From Octopus bimaculoides (taxonomy: Eukaryota), in the NCBI RefSeq assembly GCF_001194135.2, contig NC_068989.1:29296102-29360101 (forward strand): 64,000 nucleotides of DNA, in the 5' to 3' direction. The notes under the pieces were generated by a model that made no database searches, was not told the DNA's origin, and saw nothing but the letters and a program-made list of their open reading frames with translations. Position 1 is the first letter of the stretch; each line of letters begins with the position of its first letter. Below, in pieces: positions 22,951 to 35,298 of this stretch. Made by a program: the position numbers and the translations under genes.

Positions 22951-25058
22951 AGGTTTACTGGTCATGCTTCAAGAATCTTGTGAAGAATTCTTGTACTTCC
23001 AAGCAATGCTGATTTTTGTAGGTGTTCTCTCTTTACATTTGTACTAATCTTTTTGAGCCGTGTTGGTAGTTGAGTATTGATATTTCTAAGTGTGCCAATT
23101 GATATCACAGCCTTTTGTATTCCCACTTCAAATCGTCGTAGTTGTTCAGTTTTTCCTCTTTCTCATTGATCCTGTTGTCACCGGGACATGTCTTTTTTAT
23201 TCATCACAACAATGTCCAGTTTCTGATGTCAGGTCAGGTGATCATACTGAATCATTGCATCCCACTTGCAATCTCCATTCTTGATAACTCCTTCTGGGGT
23301 TTTCTCATACCATATACAGAACTCCCTTCTTGCCATATTGTCATGTCATCAGTGTGCCAATTTTGGGCATTTGCTAATGATGTGCCTTTCCGTTTCACCC
23401 TTTTCACCACACATTCTGCGTTTGTCATTCTTGGTGATGTCAATTCTGCACTTCACATAGTTAGTCCTTAATGCTTGTTCTTGTGTTGCACATATAACTG
23501 CTTCTGTTTCTATCTTCAGGTCACTCCTCCTCATCCATAGCCATATCTGTCTTGGTGTTTGTATCTCTTGCAAACTGACCATACATTTTTTCCTTCCATA
23601 CTGTTTCTTTTCTTAAGTTCTTTTTCTCTTTAAGTTTTCTTTCTTTACACAATCATCAATTTTGATGATGCTGGACTTCTTCATATGTCTCAACAATGAT
23701 TCCATGGTATTTTTTACATACCACCCTAAGCTGTTTTCCTCTGCCTTGATACAATCCTGATAACTGATCAAGCCTCTTCCACCCTTACTTCTGGACATGT
23801 ACAGTCTATTGGTGTCACTCTTAGGGTGGAAGGCTCCATGCACTGTCAATATTTTTCTTGTATCCATGTTCATCAGTTCTTTCTTTTGCCAGTTTGTGAT
23901 TCCAGTGCTGTACTGAATTGATGCTTGGATTTTATTCCATCCTGTCAATTTTAAGCGCAACACCAATCTTAGTCTTCGGAAATATTTCATCCTCAGTTGT
24001 TCTTTCATTTTGTTCTCCATGATTTTGTTGAACTCTAGTACTCTAGTATGCCAAGGTGTTTATAGCCTTTCTTTTCAATTTGTTTAATCAGTTCTCTATT
24101 AGATAATTCTATCCATGCTAGGGACTGTACTTTGCCTCTTTTCAGGTACATTGTATCACACTTCTTGAGTTCGAATTCCATTCTAATATCAGCACTAAAA
24201 TTGGACTGTGTTCACCAAAGAAATCACTTGTGCCTCATCCTTGCCATACAGCTTCAAATCATCTATGAAGAGGAGGTGGTTGATTGTTTGAGATTTTCCC
24301 TTTAGCTGATATACGGGGTTCATTTTCCTAAGTACCAAGGTCAGAGGGATCATGCAGAGAACAAAAAGCAATGGAGATAAGCTATCGCCTTGGAAAATCC
24401 CTCTTCTGATGCCCAGGGTACCCAAGCTTTGTCTGTAGGATGTCAACTCAGTTTTCCATCCCATCATACTTCTCTCTGCAGAAAACACATTACATTCCTC
24501 ACAATTCCAAATAAATTTAAGCACTTGATGATCTATGAATGTGGAATCATATCATAAGCTTTGTGATAACCAGTCCAGGCCATTCCTAAATTTGTCCTCC
24601 TTTGTTTACAATCTTTTATTACCATTTTGTCTATCAATATTTGGTCTTTGGTACCTCTGCATCTCCTCCTACAACCTTTTTGTTCCGTTGGTAACATATC
24701 GTTCTCATCAAGAAATTTATACAGTTCTGCAATTCCTCTTGACAGTAACTTCCACATTAATAATGGAAGGCAAGAAATGGGCCTGTAATTGTCAGCAGCC
24801 TTTCCCTTTGGTGCACCCATCAGACACAATGCTGTTTGTCCTTTTGTCAACCAACTTGGGATTTCTTCTCCATCGAACAATGCATTAAATTGCTCTGTGA
24901 TCAATTTATGGCACCTACTGAACTTTTTTTTTTATCCAAAATCCCTGTACACCATCAGGTCCTGCTGCTTTCCAATTGCTTATCTTTTTACTCATATTTT
25001 TGATATTGTCTTCTGTGAAGTGGATAGTCTCTTGGTAGGGATAAGAAGCTGTTTGCTT
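22951..25058 (-). mobile_element. R4/Dong-like LINE (RT, zinc knuckle, REL), decayed
   Basis: [117 protein letters not shown]. Confidence 0.9.
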
Positions 25059-25590
25059 CACAGTTTTTGCTTTAAGATTCCACATCTTTTATATTTCAGT
25101 TTTCAGGTCCTTATATTTACTAAGTTTGTTAAATTCCTTTATAGATATATTTTTATCAGTGGGGACACTTACGTGTATTAGTCTACAAGTATTCTCTTCC
25201 CGGTCTTTTATAATTATGTCTGGTTGATTAACCTGGATTGTTTTGTCAGTGTTAACTGGAAAATCTCAGAAGACAGTAACATTTTTACTCTCAATGACTG
25301 ACTCGAGATGATGTTCATACCAGTAAGCAGGGGTACCAATTTTGTAATGCTTACAAATTTTCTAATGTCCTCCCCTATTGTGGCGGTTTTTGTATTTGTT
25401 TAGTGTTTGCACAGGGCATCCTGAAACAAGATGGTGTACTGTTTTGTTGAATGTATCACAGAATCTGCATTTAGGGTCAGTACTGTTTTGGAGAACGTTA
25501 GCCATGTAATGTCTATTAAGCAAGCTTTGATCTCGGGCTGCCAGTATGAAGCCTTCAGTCTCTGCTTTCAATCCTGAACTCTTCAGCTAC
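25059..25590 (-). mobile_element. Second R4/Dong-like subfamily, C-terminal fragment fused to the preceding copy
   Basis: ETEGFILAARDQSL..CRFCDTFNKTVHHLVSGCP..RHN; QPDIIIK..VSVPTDKNISIKEFNKLSKYKDLKTEI*KMWNLK. Confidence 0.8.
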
Positions 25591-25607
25591 TGATAGATTG
25601 TTGTTTA

Positions 25608-25945
25608 GGTGATGAGCTGGTAGATTGCATTGGAAAAAATGTCTAGCAGCATTTCTTCCAACTCATGTTCTAAGCTCAAATCCTACTGAGATCAACCTTT
25701 AAGGTAATGAACTGGCAGAATCATTAGCAGAACAGGCAAAAATGCCTAGCAGCATTTCATCTGTCTTAACATTCTGTGTTCTAATACCATTGAGGTCATC
25801 TTTGCCTTTCATTATTTTGGGGTTGATAAATTGAGCTTTCAGTTTGACAAGCTGTTCAACTGGTACCAGTTGAACTCTGGGGTCAAAGTAATCAACTTAC
25901 TCCTTACTCGAAATTGCTGGCCTTGTGCCAAAATTTGAGGCTATT
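25608..25945 (+). mobile_element. Two tandem SINE family A copies (first one partial)
   Basis: aggtgatgagctggtag... and aaggtaatgaactggcagaatc...gctggccttgtgccaaaatttga. Confidence 0.8.
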
Positions 25946-25949
25946 ATAA

Positions 25950-26545
25950 TTGAGTTTTTCTTTCAATTTTGTTTCTGTTTCTTGCCAAGTGTCTTCCTTA
26001 CACCTTGGTAAAGAAGCTCATTGTATACATTGATAGGCTATTAAAGTAAACATACCAGATTATTTATGTTGAAAAAAATATTTACATAGATGGTAATCAT
26101 TCTCACAGCGACAATGCTCTTCTCAATATATGTGATGTGGCAGTTAAAAACAATCTTTTGCATTTCTTGCTGGGATGATAAATCAGGGATCATTCTCAAA
26201 TAATTTTTAGTGCCACTTTTTTTATCATTGCTACTGTTCCTACAGTCTCTGTTATTGTAACCACCTTGAGATGCCACATTTTTTTCAATTTCAATGAGCA
26301 AATCTTTATATTTTCTGAGGTTGTAAAATTCTTTGGCCAGAATATTATAACCACAAGGGATACTTATGTTGCTCAATAAACAAACTTCATTGTTTTGGTC
26401 TTACACAACAATATCTGGTTTATTGTTTTGATGGTTCTGTATGTATGTACTTGAAAGTCCCAAAGAATTGTTACATCTTCTCCTTCAATGGTGCTTATTC
26501 CATTTGCCAACAGTTTTGATTTCATAATGCTGACAGATTAACCAG
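25950..26545 (-). mobile_element. R4/Dong-like REL-domain 3' fragment
   Basis: KYDKVGQYLHWLIC..ILWDFQVHT..KPDIVV..NISIPCGYNILAKEFYNLRKYKDLLIEIEK. Confidence 0.8.
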
Positions 26546-27232
26546 TGTAGATATTGGCCAACTTTGTCATATTTACACTCTGCTGATGTTAAACTTTACC
26601 TTCAGAGACTTAGATTAGTCTAGTGATACTGCTGCACCTCTTATATGTCCATAGCTTGCACTGGGTATGCCTTTGAGAGTTTCTCATGGACATTTTTTCT
26701 ACATATCAAGTAGGGCCATCTCCCTGAAGGGATCTGTGATTTGTCTGTCTTACTACTTATCAATACTTTGGTCTTTGCTAAATTAACTCTAAGGTCCTTG
26801 GATTCCAGACCTTGCTTCCATAGCTGAAATTTCTTCTCTAGTTCTGTTAGCAATTCAGCAATAACAACAAGGTCATTGGCACAGAGGAGCTCCTAAGGGT
26901 AGCCAGTCTTAAATTCTTCAGTTATAGCTTGGAGGATCATGATAAATAAGAGGGAACTAAGAACCAAACCCTGGTGTCACTAAACTTGTACACTAAACTC
27001 CTTGCTGTACTCATTGGCAATTCTCACCTTAATAACTGCATCCCTGTCCATGGCTTGTACAGCTCTCACTAACTGCTCATCTATCCCTAGTTTCTACACT
27101 GCCCACCAGATAAGGGAGCAGAGGACCCTGTCAAAGGCTTTCTCTATGTTAACAAAAGCCAGAAACTGAAGTTTATTTTGTTGGCTAAGTATTTCTCCTG
27201 CAGTTACTTCTCCCTGGCACAAATCTAAACTG
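26545..27232 (-). mobile_element. RTE LINE RT fragment
   Basis: AFVNIEKAFDRV..ELLCANDLVVIAELLTELEKKFQLWKQGLESKDLRVNLAKTKVL..SGRWP. Confidence 0.85.
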
Positions 27233-27278
27233 CATCTCATCTTCTGCTGCTGCTGCTGCTGCTGTTGATGTTGTTGTT

Positions 27279-27508
27279 AAGGTGGTGAGGTGGCAGAATC
27301 ATTAGCACGCTGGCTGAAATGCATAGTGGTATTTCATCTGTCAGTATGTTCTGAGTTTAAGTTCCACCAAGGTCAGCTTTGCTTTCCATCCTTTCAACGT
27401 TGATAAATTAAGTACTAGTCGAGTCCTGTGGTTGATGTGATCGATCGTTCCTCTCCCCACAAAAATCCAGTACCTCTAGTAGAAATCTTGTGCCTCTAGT
27501 AGAAAGGA
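27279..27508 (+). mobile_element. SINE family A
   Basis: aaggtggtgaggtggcagaatcattagcacgctgg..ttctgagtttaagttcc.., ending agaaaggattattattatt. Confidence 0.87.
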
Positions 27509-27522
27509 TTATTATTATTATT

Positions 27523-30500
27523 GTTTTTACTTTTCAGAGTGCTCGGTCTTGTTTGCTCTGGTAGATTCTGTGAGAACAGATAGCAGCCTGTTGTTAGAGG
27601 TCTTGCAGGATTTCTTTCTGCACATTATAAGCTTTGATACTTGGTTGTTAATTATTGTGGGAAACATTCAACATTCAAGTACCAATCTCAAAATCCTAGC
27701 TGTCCCCAACAGAGCAGTTTTTTGGGCTTACTCTGCTCTCGTGTCAATTCCAATTTCTCTGACATATTTCTCAAACTTGGTTGTTAGTGCTCTGAGTACC
27801 CTTATAACTATTGGAGTGATGGGCACTCCCCTCATAGTCCACATTCTTGCAATTTTGTCTTTTAGTAGTCTGTACTTTTCAATCTTTTCTAGCTCTTTGT
27901 CACTTATGCGTGCATCCTCAGGTATGGCAATATCAATTATCTTGGTTTCTTTTAACTACTACAACAATATCTAGTCTCCAAGCATTGATTAGGGAGTCAC
28001 ATTGTAAAATCCCACAGTATCTTATATTCCTTGTTCTTGGTGTCTTCTTCTGGTTCATGTTCCTACCATTTCTGTGCTCTGTTCAGGCCATACTTTTCAC
28101 ATAGCTTCCAAGGGACGAACTTAGCCACATTATCGTGCCTCTTTTTGTAGTGTTTTTGGACCAGCTTGCTACACTCACTCACAATATGTGACATTGTTTC
28201 ATTTTTGCTGCCATGCATCCTACTAAGAGACAATTTGCTGCTCTTATCTATTTGGAACTTGGTGTAATTAATTCTCAGAGCTTGTTCCTGAGCGCTGCAT
28301 ATTAATGCCTCAGTGCATCCTTTCAAATCACTTTTTCTTAGCCATCTCCAAATGTTGATCTTATCTTTACCTTCGATTTCTCTGAGGTATTGTCCATGCA
28401 GTGATTTCATTTTCCTATTGTTTACTCTTTTTTCTTCATCTTGTTTCATAAATGTCTGTGGGGTCTCACATGTTTGATAGGTATGGTACTGTTAATTCTA
28501 ACAGTGGCAAGCATGGATTCACTTTGCTGTTTGATGTCCTGTTCCAAACTGTTCTTCTCATTGACAATACAGATCTTGCATCCTATGAGGCCTCTTCTTC
28601 CCCTGTTTCTAGGCACATACAGCCTGTCAGTATCACAGGAAATGAAATCCTTGTTAATTGTCATCACTTTTCTGGTTTTCCTGCCCATTTTCTCAAGCAT
28701 GTTCTTTGTCTTCCTAACAACACCTGTGCCATATTGCATTAAGGAAGCAGCCCATGTGTTCATTACCCTCATCATCACCATCATCCAGCTGGATTTTCTA
28801 CAGGGAACATGCCCTTGCTGACTCCCAACCTCAGTTTCTAGACATGAGTGGTCCCGAGACCAAGGCCTCTACAATGATTTTAAGAAATGTGGTGGAAAAC
28901 TAGCTCAGGAAGGCAGGGATGCTATTCCTTGAGACCCCTTTCGGAGCCCTCCTACCTATCTTATTTTTTCCATTGAGCCTACTTCTCATAATTAATATGG
29001 TTCTTCTGAGATATTTGCGCCTAAAGCTTCCTGTCATTTCACTTATGTTGATTTTGTCATATTCCAAAATCCCCAGATACTTATATCCATTAGTCTCAAT
29101 ATCCTAGATTTTCTTGCCATTGGGTAGTTCTACACCATCAGATGACACTACTTTACCTTTTTGTATTATAAGCATACCATGCTTTTTAGTCCCAAATTCC
29201 ATTCCGATCTCCTTATTGAATATCTGCACTGTTGAAACTAGGCCATTTATTTCACATTCAGTCTCCTCAAAGATCTTTAAGTCATCCATATATAAAAGTT
29301 GATTTAATTTTCCTCCACTTTCCAAGGTGTACCCCAATGTCACTTTCCTTAGTATATGTGTGAGGGATATACAAATCAAAACAGCAATGGCGATAGGCTA
29401 TTTCCTTGAAATATACCTCTCTTGATGTTAACCCATGCCAAGAATTTTTCACATGAAGTTAACTCTATATTCCAATTCTCCATTGATCTCCAAATAAAAT
29501 TTGATACGTTATCGACACCTGTCGATAAAACTTAAAGCTGCTTAAAACTTTCTATAATCCAGGAATGGGGGACCATGTCATATTCTTTCTTATAATTGAT
29601 CCACTTCATGCCCAGGTTGGTAAGTCTTTTCTTGCAGTCATTCAGCACCATTCTGTCTATCAGAAGGTGGTCTTTTGTCCCTTGGCCTTTCCTTCTGCAT
29701 TCTTTCTGTTTCACTGGCAGTTTGTAATTCATTTTCAGAAAGTTATACACATAATTAGATATTACTCCTGTCATCAGCTTCTGCATCAGAACAGATGAAA
29801 AGAATCCACTGCATTGCTTTTACTGGAATCCTTTTGGCAAAGAATTGTTTTACCTGTGGTCAGCCACTTTGGGATTTGTACCCTATTGTTGATCATTTTA
29901 TCCATTTGCATGGCTATTCTTTTGTGTTGTACTGGGAAATTTTCAGCCAATATCCTTGTACCCCTTCCAGGCCTGGGCATCTCCAGTTTGGGATCTTTGT
30001 TGTCTGTTTGGTTACCATTTCAGGTGTTATTGAAATATTGCTGTTTCACTTCATATTTTTCCTATCTTAATTCCTTCAACCATTTAGCATCTTTGTTATG
30101 CTTTCTTCCATTGTCTCAGATGTTACTCCAAAACCTTCTACTTTCTTCAGCATCCAATCTCTCACTGCTGTTAACCTTTCCATTCAGCTGTTGGTGAAAC
30201 CCTTTTCTAGTCTTGTTGGAACAATCTGTTGATTTTATATTCAATTCTTTGGTCATATTTCATTGTCGCTTTAGCCTGCAATCTTTGTTTCAGTTCTTCA
30301 GGAACTACATTTAGCCCATTTTTCTTAATCCTATATCTATGTTTTAGTTCCTGATATTTCTCCTCTCTCTTGATTTCACCTTTTGTTTTTCTTTCCAAGA
30401 TGTTGATATGTTTTTATAGTTCATTCATTGATTGCTTTATTCTTTTCCTTCATTCCCACTTTTATAGTTTGGTTCAGGCCTACTTTATTCCCCATATAGA

Positions 30501-31450
30501 TGATGCAGACTTTAATCAATCTATTCGTTCCAGTTATATTGTCTTGATTGCTTTCAGTATTTTATTCACCTTTAGGATCCACCCCCTGAGCAAATTTCTA
30601 TCTACTTTCCTGAATCCATTTATTTCCGTATCCAGGTTTTTCTCAATGATACTAATAATGTTTTCAATCATTCCTTCTCTACATTCAGGGCTTAAGACAT
30701 TCTACTTCTGGATACTCTCATTAAGTGCAGCATTGTCAACTTTCTCTGTATCTACTTCTGCATCACTCCCTATGTTTTCAATCATCATACTCTTCCTAAT
30801 CTCATCGAGCTCTAATATTTTTAGCCATCCTTTCTTCCTTATTGCTCTTACCCGGTCACAGAGTCTCTGTTCTGTAATATCTGTAATATGTTATGCATTC
30901 TCTTTCTATATCTTCTTATGAGTGTCCCTATGGGTCTACTCAAAAAATAACATCCTATACCAGCTATGTTCATCATCTTAGGCCATTTTGTTCTAGCAGC
31001 CATATAATGGTGACCAGGCCTGTGCTGCTCACCCACAGGTTACCTGCTGGGTGAAAGTCTGTTTTCATTTACGCCATTGTTTGTTGTTTCTATTAGTCAT
31101 TGTTATCATGCAGAGGAAAGTATTGATAAGGTGTTATAATTGTCAGTATTTTTATTGAGACACCATCTCTAGAGAGGTTTTTCTAAAAAGACTTATTGGG
31201 GCCCTTCTATCCTTAGAAGTTTCAGTGAGCTATCCTGCGCTGGGCACCAACTCAGAATTCAGTGCTCCACAGCTGGTGAAAGAGTTGTTATTTGGATGGG
31301 CATTGACTCTTCAGAGTTCATCCGCTCTTAGACAGGTCTTGTATTTCATCCTGCAGGGTGACCAAAAAGCAAACAGCACCCTCCTCACAAAGCAAGTTCT
31401 GTAGGGTGGCTGGTTTAGTTGCCCATGGCCCAACAGCTGAAAAAAAAAAT
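27523..31450 (-). mobile_element. Near full-length R4/Dong-like LINE, decayed, flanked by (TAA)n
   Basis: The N-terminal region, RT (KEYDMVPHSWI, QLLYMDDLKIF, GYKYLGILEY), QEQALRINY..HIVSEC..RHDNVA, and REL (PDIVV..IDIAIPED..EKIEKY) occur in order. TAA runs lie at 27508-27522 and 31452-31478. The 5'UTR extent (31070-31450) is inferred. Confidence 0.88.
28772..28957 (-). mobile_element. ~185-bp RTE-related short insertion inside the Dong ORF
   Basis: Interrupts ..NGKNKI|..VMNTWA. Carries GTTGGGAGTCAGCAAGGGCATGTTCCCTGTAGAAA and a GATGATGGTGATGATG tail. Confidence 0.7.
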
Positions 31451-31587
31451 ATTGTTATTGTTAGGATTATTATTATAACTGTTAGGCTCTTGTGCCCAAT
31501 AATTATTCATACTAGCTGGCCCCGTGCCATCAAAAATGACAGCTGATTGTAGTATTTTATATATAAATAAGGTACCAAAACAAGTTT

Positions 31588-31790
31588 TTAGTTTAATAAT
31601 TCTTTTATTACCAAATTTTTTGTGAAAAATTTAGCCACAACTAACATACTTTGACAGCTTGTTTCCTTCAAAAGAATTTTAAAGTTTTCTTTCCTTCTTG
31701 TACAACTTAAAGCCACATCAAGCTGGCCATAACTAAATATGGAAGCTGGCAAGTAAATACCAACTTTTTCGAAGTGACGTTTCCTTTCAG
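31588..31790 (-). pseudogene. Helitron RepHel PIF1-like helicase C-terminal remnant
   Basis: FEKVGIYLPASIFSYGQLDVALSCTRRKENFKILL...TKNLVIKELL matches the helicase motif V/VI tail (VGIYL..VFSHGQLYVALSR..TKNIVYKEVL). Confidence 0.88.
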
Positions 31791-32358
31791 TTGTGCTCTC
31801 CATTACTGAAACCAACCTAAACTCATATGATTTAAAGCCACAAAAAGCAGTCCATGATTTATAGTTGATGTTGTAAAAACTCCCTATTCAAAATTTATCA
31901 CATAAATTTCTTAATATAAATAAATTAGGCACACATATGAACTGTTAAATGTGTATTTATAATATACTTTTCAACTGCAGTTGTTTTATATTCTTGATAC
32001 ACTGGGGCAATAATTATTTTCTCCAATGAGTTTGTATATGTATGTTGTGTAGATGTGTGTGATTGTAATAATTATTTGTAACACAGCAGATAGAAAATGG
32101 ATGGTAATTCAAATTAATACACTTCTCAATGTTATCTAGTGGTTGTATTTTGATATGTGACATAGATCATCGTTAGTTACGGAAAGAATGCTGGTTAGTT
32201 TATGAATAGTTACTGAAGGAACACTGGGTAAAAATTTCTTAATATGAATAAAATAAGGACATATATGAACTGTTAAATTAAGATGTGTATTTATAATATA
32301 CTTTTCAACTGCAGTCGTTTTAAATTCTTGATATACTGAGTCAATAATTATTTTCTTC

Positions 32359-35298
32359 GAGGTAGTCAGAGTATGCGATAGAATACTTAAGATTAGATTA
32401 GTCTTTCATCATGGGTTAGCAGCCATTATCTCGGCCCATGCCCCTCAGCCGGGGCTACTCGATGGACAGAAAGACCAATTTTATGACACCCTCTTGCAGA
32501 CTACTTTGTTGACGAATGACAGGGACCCTCGCTTTGTAGCTGGTGACTTCAATGGACATGTTGAACAACATACAGGGGGCTTCTATGGCGTACATGGAGG
32601 CTATGACATTGGTTCCCGCAATGAGGAGGGAACCAGGCTGCTGGAGTTCTACGATGCAAATAACCTCATGGTTTGCAATACTAACTTCAGGAAACCTGCC
32701 AGTCACCTAGTCACCTACCGTTCTGGCAGACACACTAGCCAAATCGACTACATCCTTGCCAGAAAAAGGGAAAGATGGTTGCTTATAAATGTTAAAACCT
32801 TCCCAGGTGAAGAACGTACCCCACAACATGGACTAGTAGTTAGTGACTTCAGGATCAGGGCTAAGTGGTTGCCCAGAAGACGACCAGCACGGAGGAGAAG
32901 GGTCTGGAAGCTTAAAGATCCCACGAATGGACAGAGATTTAGAGACATATTACTTGAAGCCTTTGACGAAATAGAAGGGGATATAGCTTCACATGATGTA
33001 GAAGACAACTGGAGGTTCCTACGGGACAACTTGCTGAGGGCCACTGACCAGATCTGTGGATAGTCCAAAGGCCCCTCTCAATCCAAAATAACGTGGTGGT
33101 GGAACAATGTTGTTGACAGAGCTATTAGACAAAACAAACAGGCTTGGAAGGACTGGAAGAACGGAGGTAGCAGGGAATTGTATCAGACTGCCAGAAGGGA
33201 AGCTAGGAGACAGGTTTATTTAGCTAAAGGGGAAGCAGATAAGAAAAGATTTGCCAATGTTCTGCACCATGAGACCAAAGACTTGAAGTATTTCGTGTTG
33301 CAAGACAGTGTGTGAGGGAGAATCGTGATGTCGTAGGAAAGAAATGTGTCCGCATGGATGATGGTTCACTTGCACTAAACAAGGCTGCAAACAGAGAGGT
33401 TTTGAGACATCACTATGAAAGGTTGCTCAATAAAGAGAATGAATGGGAGAAAAAGAGTCTGCCGAATGTCGACCCAACAGAGGGACCAACTATCTGAGTT
33501 GACAGTACCATGGTAAATAAAGCAATTAACAGTATAAAGACAGGGAAAGCCCCAGGCCCATCAAGAATCACTGCAGAGGTGATCAAAATATTTGGCAGTG
33601 TCGGCTATAGCTTAGTCACCCGTATAGTTAACCAGGTGATAGACGAAGGAGTCATACCCAATGACTGGTGTAGCAGCACCATAGTCAACTGCTACCAAGG
33701 TAAAGGTGATGCATTAGATACAAGTAATTACAGAGGTATCAAGTTGTTAGATCAGGTAATGAAAGTCATGGAGAGGGTCATAGCCCAAATAATTAGGGAG
33801 AGAGTCAGTTTAGATGAGATGCACTTAGATAGCCCTGCTCGATCTGTAGAAAAGGCGTAGGTAGAAACTCCATAAGATGTACCCAGTGTAAGCTATGGAC
33901 ACATAAGAGGTGTGCAGCAATATCAAAGGAAGGCTAACTAGCAAGATAGTTTTTGTATGTGGCAGATGTTCAAGAGCAATAAACACTGAAAATGTGCAGA
34001 AAACAACCTTTGCCACATTCCAGGGAGAAAAACTAGAAGTGGTTGATAGCTTCTGCTATCTAGGTGACCAAGTAAGTAGTGGGGGAAAGGTGCGCTGAAA
34101 GTGTAGCTGCTTGAATAAGAATAGCCTGGGCAAAGTTCAGAGAGCTCTTACCGCTGCTCGTGACAAAGGGCCTCTCGCTCAGAGTAAAAGGCAGACTGTA
34201 TGGCACATGCATATGAACCGCAATGCTACATGGCAGTGAAACAAGGGCTGTGGCTGCTGAGGACATGCGTAAGCTCGCAAGAAACAAAGCTAGTATGCAC
34301 CGATGGATGTGTAATGTTAGTGTGCATACTCAACAGAGTGTAAGTACCTTGAGAGAAAAGTTGAACCTAAGAAGCATCAGTTGTTGTGTGCAAGAGAGAC
34401 GATTGTGCTGGTATGGTCATGTGGTGAGAATGGATGAGGATAGCTGTGTGAAAAAGTGCCACACCTTAGCAGTTGAGGGAACCTGTGGATGAGGTAGACC
34501 CAGGAAGACCTGGGATGAGGTGGTGATGCATGACCTTCGAACATTAAGGCCTCACCGAGGCAGTGACTAGTGACCGGGACCTTTGGAAATATGCAGTGCA
34601 TGAGAAGACCCGGCAAGCCAAGTGAGACCATAATCCATGGCCTCTGCCAGATGTGTAGCCAGCTCACTTATTCATATCTTTACTTCATTAGACACTAAAC
34701 TCTGCTTGTGAAATCGAAATTGAACCAAATTCGATGACTGGCACCCATGCCAACTTCTACTTCATTGGACACTAAACTCGGCTTGCGAAGACCTGTTGGG
34801 GCAAGTGAAATCAAAATCGTAATTGAACCATATTTGATAACTGGGACCTGTGCCAGTGGAGAACTAACAGCACCATCCGAGCGGTCTGATAATTGCCAGA
34901 GCAGCTGCCTGGCTTCCGTGCCAGTGGCACGTAAATAGCACCATTTCAGTGTGATTATTACCAGCGTCGCCTTCCTGGCACTTGTACCGGTGGCACACAA
35001 AAAGACATTTGAGCGAGGTCGTTGCCAGTGGACTGGCTCCTGTGCAGGCGGCACATATAATACACCATTTAGAGAGTGGCCGTTGCCAGGACCGCTTGAC
35101 TGGCCCTTGTGTCGGTGGTACGTAAAAGCACCCACTACACTCTCGGAGTAGTTAGCATTAGGAAGGGAAACCAGCTGTAGAAACTCTGCCAGATCAGATT
35201 GGGGCCTGGTGCAGCCATCCATTTCACCAGTCCTCAGTCAAATCGTCCAACCCATGCTAACATGGAAAGCGGACGTTAAACGACGATGATGATGATGA
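32359..35298 (+). mobile_element. RTE LINE, 5' truncated, RT core deleted at ~33824
   Basis: APE (VAGDFNGHV, NTNFRK, SQIDYIL), linker, KAPGPSRI, NYRGIKLL, then a jump to the C-terminal region, a ~680-bp 3'UTR and a (GAT)n tail. Confidence 0.95.

Noticed and set aside
31170-31330. CTGAAGA..GAAAC with a perfect CTTCTA/TAGAAG hairpin on the - strand in the Dong 5' region; also looked for an HDV-like ribozyme there
   Set aside because: No NUH cleavage triplet and no stem I or stem II pairing; I could not fold an HDV-like double pseudoknot.
34880-35150. Repeat-spacer-like array suggesting CRISPR (also 58115-58400)
   Set aside because: The units are degenerate along their whole length, the spacers are homologous to each other, the array lies in a LINE 3'UTR in eukaryotic DNA, and there are no cas genes.
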